Assembly: GCA_017428785.1 (NCBI GenBank)
Contig: JAFRQD010000048.1
Span: 56,358 to 120,357 of the forward strand
Direction of reading: 5' to 3'
DNA length: 64,000 nucleotides
Source of the DNA: Bacteroidaceae bacterium
GTDB lineage: Bacteria > Bacteroidota > Bacteroidia > Bacteroidales > Bacteroidaceae
How positions within the stretch are numbered: the stretch's first letter is position 1; each line of letters begins with the position of its first letter. This document shows, in pieces, positions 7,923 to 15,030 of this stretch. The notes beneath the pieces are model-generated. The model saw nothing but the letters and a program-made list of their open reading frames with translations. It was not told the origin of the DNA and searched no databases. The position numbers were made by a program, and so were the translations under genes.

Positions 7923-9029
7923 TTATGGGGTTGGCGGAAGGGGAGGAGGACAGCTTTGGAACATACTGGCAAATTCAGGAAGTGAGGACATCTTTGCCCA
8001 CGCAGGCATTCCCTGCTTCCAGACAAGGGTATCGGCATTCACATGTCCATTCTGTATATAGCCGTTTATCGTGTTAGCATCAAACGGACCTTGCTGCTGC
8101 CCGTTTATTGCCACATAGTATGTCGTACTTTGTGGTATAGGTGGCGGGCCGACCTGTGCATTCATGTTTTGCCCGACCAAGCCTGCCATCTGCCCACCAA
8201 AGCCCGTGCCTGCATTCATGCCCATGCCAATACCAATAGCACCGCCAACAGCTCCCTCATTCTCAGCTGCACGTTCCATCACGCCAAAGCTACGGTCGGC
8301 TTGGTATAAGCTATGGCCCATCAGCTTCAACTTTGCCACCTGTTCCTTCGCTTCTTTCAGTTTGATGAAGCTTGGGTCGTTTTCCGGCACATTGATGGAC
8401 ATGATGTAGAAGTTCTCCAGCTTTATGCCATACTTGTTGAAGTCAGGTTGAAGCACTCCCCGCGTGTAATCCGAAATGTCGGTAAGATGTGAGTTGAGGT
8501 TGAGGATAGAGATGCCGTCCTTGTTCATCTTGTCGGACAGGATGTTGTTGAAGTGCGACATCATCATTCCCTTGAAATACGACTCAATCTTTTCCACCGT
8601 AAACGTGGCCATATTGCCTACAAGGTTTTCGATGAGGATTTTGTCGTCGTTCACTCTCATACCAAACTGACCAAAGGCACGGACGGGAACGATAATCTCA
8701 TACTTCGGGTCTTCAAGTTGGATGGGCGTGGGCGTACCCCACTTTGAATCAAGAACTGCCAAGTGATTGACAAACCACACCTCTGCCTGGAAAGGAGAAT
8801 TGCCACCGAAAGGCAGGTTAATGAGTTTGTTAAGCAGAGGGATGTTCTCTGTCTTAATGGTGTGGGTGCCTGGTCCAAAACTGTCGAGCACCTTGCCTCC
8901 TTTCACAAAGTAGGCAGTCTGTCCTGCGTACACAACCAATTGTGTACCTATCCGCAAATCATTGGAAGGGAATTTGTGAATCAACTCTCGTGAGTTGACT
9001 TCCCATTTCACAACATCAATAAGTGCCAT
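7923..9029 (-). CDS. SPFH/Band-7 family protein (YdjI/COG4260-like) with a C-terminal GYF_2-like domain
   Basis: The N-terminal ~250 aa resemble YdjI-type SPFH proteins, often annotated as virion core protein-like. A Gly/Met-rich linker follows, and the C-terminus (YYVAINGQQQGPF...TLVWKQGMPAWAKMSSLPEFASMF) fits the GYF_2 pattern. Confidence 0.65.
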   Translation of the reverse strand: MALIDVVKWEVNSRELIHKFPSNDLRIGTQLVVYAGQTAYFVKGGKVLDSFGPGTHTIKTENIPLLNKLINLPFGGNSPFQAEVWFVNHLAVLDSKWGTPTPIQLEDPKYEIIVPVRAFGQFGMRVNDDKILIENLVGNMATFTVEKIESYFKGMMMSHFNNILSDKMNKDGISILNLNSHLTDISDYTRGVLQPDFNKYGIKLENFYIMSINVPENDPSFIKLKEAKEQVAKLKLMGHSLYQADRSFGVMERAAENEGAVGGAIGIGMGMNAGTGFGGQMAGLVGQNMNAQVGPPPIPQSTTYYVAINGQQQGPFDANTINGYIQNGHVNADTLVWKQGMPAWAKMSSLPEFASMFQSCPPPLPPTP

Positions 9030-9430
9030 ATATGTATCCTATCATTCGTTGCCTACAGCCACCCCGACTCGGCGTTTGTGTTCGCTAAATGTTATGGATA
9101 CAAAAAGACGTGGGTAGCTTGTACTCGCTTATCCCACGCTCAGGCCCTGGAAATCGCCTTGTCAGAGGATAAGCAACCAATTGGCCCACGTCGTGACATA
9201 TATACTCCATACAAAAGTATGTGATATAAATCACCCACGCGGACGCTTCGATTGCGATATCTTCACTGACATTCAAATTTTCCAGGTTTGAGCGTAGAAG
9301 ATAACGTTCGTAAACGTCCTTTCTCCCTTTGGCAAAGCCCCCTTCCCGTTCCTCCGAAGGAGGAAGGCCGGTGTGCTCAGCCGCAGGAATCCATTAAGAT
9401 TTGACCCTCAAGCCCTTAAAAGAGCCACTT
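9030..9430 (-). promoter_or_regulatory. Candidate long structured 5' leader or ncRNA upstream of the SPFH operon
   Basis: It lies between a TAACTTTG -7 box (9439-9446, minus strand) and the ATG at 9029. It contains a locally GC-rich core with a 7-bp stem closed by a UUCG tetraloop (9349-9365, ttcctcc-ttcg-ggaggaa on the minus strand). No convincing ORF is present. Confidence 0.35.
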
Positions 9431-9438
9431 GGTCGGTG

Positions 9439-9446
9439 CAAAGTTA
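9439..9446 (-). promoter_or_regulatory. -7 box TAACTTTG for the SPFH operon
   Basis: The plus strand reads caaagtta. T-rich TTTG-containing sequence lies ~20-30 nt further upstream on the minus strand. Confidence 0.45.
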
Positions 9447-9812
9447 AGAAAAATATTAATACAACAAAAACAAATGAAAGAAAAAATGTTGCAAAACAAA
9501 GCAAAAACACTCGTCACTCGTCACCAATGCCATTTAAGTCATTATACGTCAATCACATACATGGGTGAAGAGTTGGTGATGAGTGGTTAAGAGACTCTTC
9601 ATCCTGGTACTTACTGAGAATCCGACGATTATAATGGAATGGTAATGAGTGATGAGCAAAATGCAATTTCATTTCATTCAACATTTCCCAATCTGTCTAC
9701 ATGTTTTCGCCTGAAAGCCGCATGGATAAAGGGATTACTTCAAATCATAACCTACATAAAGCCTACATAATACTACATATTCAAACATTGCATGCTTGGT
9801 TGGGCAACTTAA

Positions 9813-9867
9813 CACGTTAAGTTTGCGAACTTGGCACGTTAAGTTTGAGGTTTTACCACGTTAAGTT
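9813..9867. repeat. Three CACGTTAAGTT copies at exact 22-bp spacing; the first sits in an 18-bp palindrome (aacttaac-ac-gttaagtt)
   Basis: The copies start at 9813, 9835 and 9857. Confidence 0.85.
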
Positions 9868-10047
9868 CGGAGTATTTTCTCGCGACATTTAGCCGATGAT
9901 AATGCCGATACCTGAGAAATGGAAGACGGCAATGTACTGAGCGAAAGCAGAAGTGTATATAAGTTCCGATGGCCGTAAAGATAAGATAATTAGGCATCTT
10001 ACATATGATAAAATTAAGGATTTCGTGTGTAAAGGAAGATTTTTTTG

Positions 10048-10055
10048 TATCTTTG
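10048..10055 (+). promoter_or_regulatory. -7 box TATCTTTG for the GH78-like gene
   Basis: It matches TAnnTTTG, 20 nt upstream of the ATG at 10075. Confidence 0.55.
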
Positions 10056-10074
10056 CAGCAGAAATAGCAAAAAA

Positions 10075-12816
10075 ATGAAGATGAAAACCAGAAGCTTCTT
10101 TACATTCCTGTTCTTACTGGCAGCCTTGTGCATTCGGGCTGCTTTCAATGCTTACGACCTGCGCTGCGAGCTTTTGCACCAGCCGTGTGGCATCAACACG
10201 ACGACGCCTGCCCTGAGCTGGAAACTCACGCAGGACCACAATGGTGCGCGGCAGTCGGCCTATCAGATTCTTGCAGCCTCCAAGCCCAGTCTGCTTACGG
10301 AGGAGAAGGCCGACCTCTGGAACAGCGGCCGCGTTGAGAGCGAGCAGTCTATATGGGTGACGTATGCAGGCAAGCCGCTCGAAAGCAGGAGCGAGGTCTA
10401 TTGGCAAGTGAAGGTGTGGGACGAGAACGGCAAGAGCGGCGACTGGGCCCGCGGTGCCTGGTTCTCCGTCGGCATCCTCGACAAGCCGCTTTGGCAAGGC
10501 AAGTACATCGGCATGGGGCGAACGGACCGCAAGGTGCAGCCGCTCCTCTACAAATCGTTTGTCTGCACAGACACCAAGGCTCCTGCCTTCCTGCACATCA
10601 GCACGCTGGGCTATCACGAGATATACCTCAATGGCGAACGCATCGGCGACGATGTGCTGACGCCTTCCGTAGTGGAGTTCTCCAAACGCCATCAGGCGAT
10701 GAGCTATAAGCTGGGCGGGAAACTTCGCGAAGGCCGCAACGACCTGGTCATCTGGCTTGGTGGCGGATTCTACGACAACCCGAAGATTGTGGGTGTTGCA
10801 GAGGGCGGACCCTACGCTCTGGCGCAGATTGACCAGCAAACGGCGAGTGGCTGGCAGACGCTTGTCGCTACCGACGACACCTGGCAGTCGAGGGGGAGCG
10901 GTTACTACGACGACGGTCAGGCCGGAGCCTGGGCGTTCGGCGGTGAAATCGTGGAGGCGGCAGAGCTCCTGCCCGACTTCTCGTCCTCTACGCTCGACGC
11001 TGTCTCATGGCAAGGCGTGACGACGATGGAGCTGCCTGCCCAAGAGATAACGCCGATGATGTGCGAGCCGAACAAAATCATGATGGAGGTGCAGGCTGAG
11101 AAGGTGAGCCGCTTCGACGGGAACAAATGGATGGTGGACATGGGCCGCAGCATTGTGGGCTGGACGCGCATCAAGCTCGGGCATCTCCGCAAGGGACAGC
11201 GCATCACCATCAGCTACTGCGACATGCTGGCGCTCAGCGGCGACTTCGACGAAGGTGTCTTCACGGACCACTATATCGCAAGCGGCGATGGTGAGGAGAC
11301 TTTCTGCAACAAATTCAATTACCACGCTTATCGGTACATCAAGATAGAGGGCCTCGACCGTCAGCCTGCCCTTTCCGACATAGCAGGCATGCTCGTGCAT
11401 ACGGGCTACGAGAAGGCGGCGTCGTTCGTCTGCAGCGACAAGGACCTCTGCGCCATACACGACATGGTGCACTACACCTTCCGCTGTCTGACGCTCGGCG
11501 GCTATATGGTGGACTGCCCGCACATCGAGCGCCAGGGCTACGGCGGCGACGGCAATGCCTCCATCCTGGCTGCGCAGCTGCAATACGACATGTATCCGCT
11601 CTACCGCAACTGGCTGCAAGGCTATACCGACGCCCAGGGCGACGACGGCGAGGTGCCGCATGTGGGACCGGCCTTCTGGCAATGCGGCGGCGGCCCGTTC
11701 TGGTGCGCCTTCATCGCAAACGCTCCTTGGCAAACCTACCAGCAGTACGGCGACCTCAGGCTGCTGCAGTGGTACTACCCCAACATGCAGCGCTACCTGG
11801 CATACGCCGAGCAATTCATGCCCGACGGCTTGCTGACGGTGGAGCATCGCTGGCCGAGCACGCGCCGCAAGGACTGGTTCCTCGGCGACTGGGCGTTGCC
11901 CAACGAGGAGCATCAGACGCACACCGAGAGCATCGACCTCGTGAACTCTTGCTCCATGAGCTGGGTGTATGACATCATGGCTGCTACGGCCGAGCTGCTT
12001 GGCAAGACCGACGACGCACAGCTCTACAGGCAGAAGCGGACGGACATCAACCGCCTCATCCACGCTACATATTATAATAAGAAGAACGCCACCTACGCCA
12101 ACGGCCTGCAGCTCGACCAGAGCTTCCCACTCTTTGTCGGCGCCGTGCCCGAGGAGCTGCGGCAGAAGGTCAACAACGCCCTGAAGCGCGAGACCTACGA
12201 CCGTTTCGACGGCCACCTCTTCACCGGACTGGTGGGCGTTCCCATCGTGACACAGTGGTGCACCCGCGCCGGCAATGTCCAGCTCATGGCCGACATGCTT
12301 CGGCAGCACAGCTTCCCCGGCTATCTCTACATGATAGACAATGGCGCCACGACGACCTGGGAGCACTGGAACGCCCGACGCAGCCGCATCCACAACTGCT
12401 ACAACGGCATCGGCTCGTGGTTCTATCAGGCACTGGCAGGCATTCAAGGAGATCCCTCGAAGCCCGCCTACCGACACTTCTTCATACAGCCGCAGCTGCC
12501 AGACAGCCTGTCATTCGTGCGGGCTCTCAAGCCCACGCCCTACGGCGACATCAGTGTGGACTGGAAACGTTCGGCCAGCACATTCGACATGCGCCTCAGC
12601 ATCCCGGTCGGCACCACAGCCACAGTGCTCTGTCCGGAGGCGCTGCAGCCCGTCACAGTCGAGATGGCGCCGCGGAGCCTGAACCGTTCGGGCCTGGTCT
12701 TCAACGAAAAAGAGCGCAACCGCAAGCCCGACCCCGAACCTGAGCGCTTCAATCCCAAGGAACCGATTGAGCTGAGCAGCGGCACTTACCGCCTCATTTA
12801 TCGACTGAAAAAGTAG
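10075..12816 (+). CDS. Alpha-L-rhamnosidase-like glycoside hydrolase (GH78-related), secreted
   Basis: Starting from ATG 10075 gives the signal peptide MKMKTRSFFTFLFLLAALCIRA. The TTG at 10045 falls inside the promoter box. It has the six-hairpin catalytic-region motif DCPHIERQGYGGDGNAS and a rhamnosidase N-terminal-type beginning (YDLRCELLHQPCGINTTTPALSW). Confidence 0.7.
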   Translation: MKMKTRSFFTFLFLLAALCIRAAFNAYDLRCELLHQPCGINTTTPALSWKLTQDHNGARQSAYQILAASKPSLLTEEKADLWNSGRVESEQSIWVTYAGKPLESRSEVYWQVKVWDENGKSGDWARGAWFSVGILDKPLWQGKYIGMGRTDRKVQPLLYKSFVCTDTKAPAFLHISTLGYHEIYLNGERIGDDVLTPSVVEFSKRHQAMSYKLGGKLREGRNDLVIWLGGGFYDNPKIVGVAEGGPYALAQIDQQTASGWQTLVATDDTWQSRGSGYYDDGQAGAWAFGGEIVEAAELLPDFSSSTLDAVSWQGVTTMELPAQEITPMMCEPNKIMMEVQAEKVSRFDGNKWMVDMGRSIVGWTRIKLGHLRKGQRITISYCDMLALSGDFDEGVFTDHYIASGDGEETFCNKFNYHAYRYIKIEGLDRQPALSDIAGMLVHTGYEKAASFVCSDKDLCAIHDMVHYTFRCLTLGGYMVDCPHIERQGYGGDGNASILAAQLQYDMYPLYRNWLQGYTDAQGDDGEVPHVGPAFWQCGGGPFWCAFIANAPWQTYQQYGDLRLLQWYYPNMQRYLAYAEQFMPDGLLTVEHRWPSTRRKDWFLGDWALPNEEHQTHTESIDLVNSCSMSWVYDIMAATAELLGKTDDAQLYRQKRTDINRLIHATYYNKKNATYANGLQLDQSFPLFVGAVPEELRQKVNNALKRETYDRFDGHLFTGLVGVPIVTQWCTRAGNVQLMADMLRQHSFPGYLYMIDNGATTTWEHWNARRSRIHNCYNGIGSWFYQALAGIQGDPSKPAYRHFFIQPQLPDSLSFVRALKPTPYGDISVDWKRSASTFDMRLSIPVGTTATVLCPEALQPVTVEMAPRSLNRSGLVFNEKERNRKPDPEPERFNPKEPIELSSGTYRLIYRLKK

Positions 12817-12842
12817 TGATTTCGCACCCCCTGTGCGGGGGT

Positions 12843-12934
12843 AAAAAACGCCGCGTGCGGCGATGGCAATCCCCGCGTGCGGCGTTTGGCATTTCCGCAG
12901 GCGGCGTTTGGCATTTCCGCAGGCGGCGTTTGGA
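12843..12934. repeat. 22-bp-period palindromic array (GGCATTTCCGCAGGCGGCGTTT units) between convergent genes
   Basis: gcatttccgcaggcggcgtttg appears twice in perfect tandem, next to two cgccgcgtgcggcg palindromes. The array fills the whole gap between the GH78 stop and the tsaE stop. Confidence 0.85.
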
Positions 12935-12936
12935 GC

Positions 12937-13350
12937 TTAGGCTACGGTAATTCTACGTGCCTCATTCTCAAGCACTTCCACATGCACGCTGATTGTGTCC
13001 TCGGGCAACAGCTCCTCCACCAACTCCGGCCACTCGATAAAACAGGGATAACCGCTGTAGAAATATTCTTCGCAGCCGATGTCGCAAGCCTCCCGCAGGT
13101 TCTTGATGCGATAGAAGTCGAAGTGATAGACGGGCTCGCCATTGCCATCGACATACTCATTGACGATGGCAAAAGTGGGCGACGTCACAACATCCTCCAC
13201 ACCCAGGGCCTCGCAGATGGATTTGATGAAGGTCGTCTTGCCCGCCCCCATCTTGCCATAGAAGGCAAAGACGCGATTTTTGCCCATTTCATCGACAAAT
13301 TTCTGTGCCGCAGCTGCAAGACTCTGTATATTTTCGACTCGGATTTCCAT
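12937..13350 (-). CDS. tsaE: tRNA t6A37 biosynthesis ATPase TsaE
   Basis: 137 aa with Walker A FYGKMGAGKTTFIK and SPTFAIVNEY. Confidence 0.85.
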   Translation of the reverse strand: MEIRVENIQSLAAAAQKFVDEMGKNRVFAFYGKMGAGKTTFIKSICEALGVEDVVTSPTFAIVNEYVDGNGEPVYHFDFYRIKNLREACDIGCEEYFYSGYPCFIEWPELVEELLPEDTISVHVEVLENEARRITVA

Positions 13351-13397
13351 TTTCTTTTTGATTAAATTTCCGTCTCAGGAAGCATAAAAGCAGGCCT

Positions 13398-14990
13398 TCA
13401 CCGCTTCTTCCCCCTCAAGGTCACGAGCGGGACGAGCATCTCCTCCATACTGATGCCGCCGTGCTGGAACGTGTCCTTGTAGTACCCCACATAGTAGTTG
13501 TAGTTGTTGGGGTAGGCGAAGAAATCGTCCTGCATGGCAAAGATGTAGGTTGTGCTGATGTTGGGACTGGGCAGCCCAGCACGAATGGGGTCCTTTATCT
13601 CGAAGACCTCCTTCTGGTTGTAGGAGAGGTGCTTGCCCAGCTTGTAGCGGAGGTTGGTGTTCGTGTTGCGGTCTCCGATGACCTTGATGGGGTTGTAGCA
13701 TCGTATGCTGCCGTGGTCCGTGGTGAGCACCACGGTGCAATCCTGTGCGGCGAGGCTTCGGAAGAGGTTGCTCACCGCCGAATGGCGCAACCAGCTCTGC
13801 GTGATGCTCCGATAGGCGGCTTCGTTGCTTGCCAACTCCCTCACCATAAGGCTCTCCGTGCGAGCGTGGCTGAGCATATCTATGAAGTTGACAACCACCA
13901 CATTAAGGTCGTTCTTCAGCAACTGCGGTATCTGGGTGACGAACTTCTCGGCAGCGCTGGAATGGTTTATCTTATGGTAAGAGAAGGTGTTCTTGCGGCG
14001 ATAACGCTCGAACTGCGTGCGGACGAGAGGCTCCTCGTTGAGGTTCTTGCCTTCCTCACTGTCCTCGTCGACCCAAAGGTCAGGGAACATCTGGGCAATC
14101 TTGTTGGGCATGAGACCGCTGAAGATAGCGTTGCGCGCGTACTGCGTAGCGGTGGGAAGGATGCTGCAATAGAGGTTCTCGTCCACCGTAAAGGCGTCGG
14201 CTATCTCGTTCAGCAGCACGCGCCACTGGTCGTAGCGGAAGTTGTCGATGACGATGAGGAAGACCTTCTCGCCCTTGTCGAGCAGGGGAAAGACGGCTCG
14301 CTTGAAGATGTCGGGACTCATCAAGGGCCGCTCCTCCGACTTCTCGGGCGCTTTTGCTCCAAGGCGCGCTTCCTGTGCGCGGTCCTCCATCCAGGACATG
14401 TAGTTCTTGCGGATGAACTTGGCGAACTCCGCGTTGGCCTCATGCCGCTGCATGGCAAGCATCTCTTTCATGCCGCTATCCGTCTCGCTCAACTGCAGCT
14501 CCCAATATGTCAACTTCTTATAGACATCCTTCCACTCCTCGATGCTCGAAGCGTCGTTTATCTGCATGCCGAGGCGGGAGAAGTCCTGCTGGTAGTTGCT
14601 CTGCGCATGCTCCGTCACGATTTCCTTCTGCTGGATGTTCTTCTTCAGCGTCAGCAGGATTTGTGTGGGATTGACGGGCTTGATGAGGTAGTCGGCAATC
14701 TTGGCGCCAATGGCCTGCTCCATGATGTGCTCCTCCTCGCTTTTCGTCACCATCACCACCGGTGTGGCAGGCAGCAGCTCCTTGACGCGATTCAGGGTCT
14801 CGAGGCCGCTCAAGCCAGGCATGTTCTCGTCGAGAAGAATGAGGTCGAACGCCTCCTCCGCACAACGGTCAAGGGCATCGTAGCCGTTCGTCACGGTCTC
14901 CACTTCATAGCCTTTGTTCTCGAGGAACAGAATGTGGGCTTTCAAGAGCTCTATCTCGTCGTCCACCCAAAGCAACTTGTATGTAGTCAT
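13398..14990 (-). CDS. porX: Response regulator with a PglZ/alkaline-phosphatase-like output domain, PorX-type (T9SS regulator)
   Basis: The receiver domain reads LLWVDDEIELLKAHILFLENKGY...DENMPGLSGLETL...VVMVTKSEEEHIMEQAIGAKIADYLIKPVNPTQIL, followed by a ~380 aa PglZ-like domain. It strongly resembles PorX as I remember it from Porphyromonas. Confidence 0.75.
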   Translation of the reverse strand: MTTYKLLWVDDEIELLKAHILFLENKGYEVETVTNGYDALDRCAEEAFDLILLDENMPGLSGLETLNRVKELLPATPVVMVTKSEEEHIMEQAIGAKIADYLIKPVNPTQILLTLKKNIQQKEIVTEHAQSNYQQDFSRLGMQINDASSIEEWKDVYKKLTYWELQLSETDSGMKEMLAMQRHEANAEFAKFIRKNYMSWMEDRAQEARLGAKAPEKSEERPLMSPDIFKRAVFPLLDKGEKVFLIVIDNFRYDQWRVLLNEIADAFTVDENLYCSILPTATQYARNAIFSGLMPNKIAQMFPDLWVDEDSEEGKNLNEEPLVRTQFERYRRKNTFSYHKINHSSAAEKFVTQIPQLLKNDLNVVVVNFIDMLSHARTESLMVRELASNEAAYRSITQSWLRHSAVSNLFRSLAAQDCTVVLTTDHGSIRCYNPIKVIGDRNTNTNLRYKLGKHLSYNQKEVFEIKDPIRAGLPSPNISTTYIFAMQDDFFAYPNNYNYYVGYYKDTFQHGGISMEEMLVPLVTLRGKKR

Positions 14991-15030
14991 AGTCTATCAG
15001 AGTGTTCAGAATAATCAGGTGCGGCCAGCG

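Noticed and set aside
9085-9276. A 63 aa ORF on the minus strand inside the leader (MNVSEDIAIEASAWVIYITYFCMEYICHDV...).
   Set aside because: It has no recognisable motif, lies within the putative structured leader, and has unremarkable composition. I could not support it as a gene.
9030-9446. I tried to assign the GC-rich leader to a known RNA class: TPP, cobalamin, SAM, glycine, FMN or c-di-GMP riboswitches, RNase P, 6S, tmRNA or SRP.
   Set aside because: By eye I found none of the conserved cores I remember, such as CUGAGA...ACCUGAUCUGGAUAAUGCCAGCG for TPP, the GCCACUG B12 box, or GGAAAGUCCGGGC for RNase P. It needs a covariance-model search.
6612-10040. I considered whether the AT-rich island is an integrated mobile element or prophage remnant.
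   Set aside because: I could find no integrase, transposase, tRNA target or flanking direct repeats by eye. The mode of acquisition remains open, so I report only the compositional anomaly.
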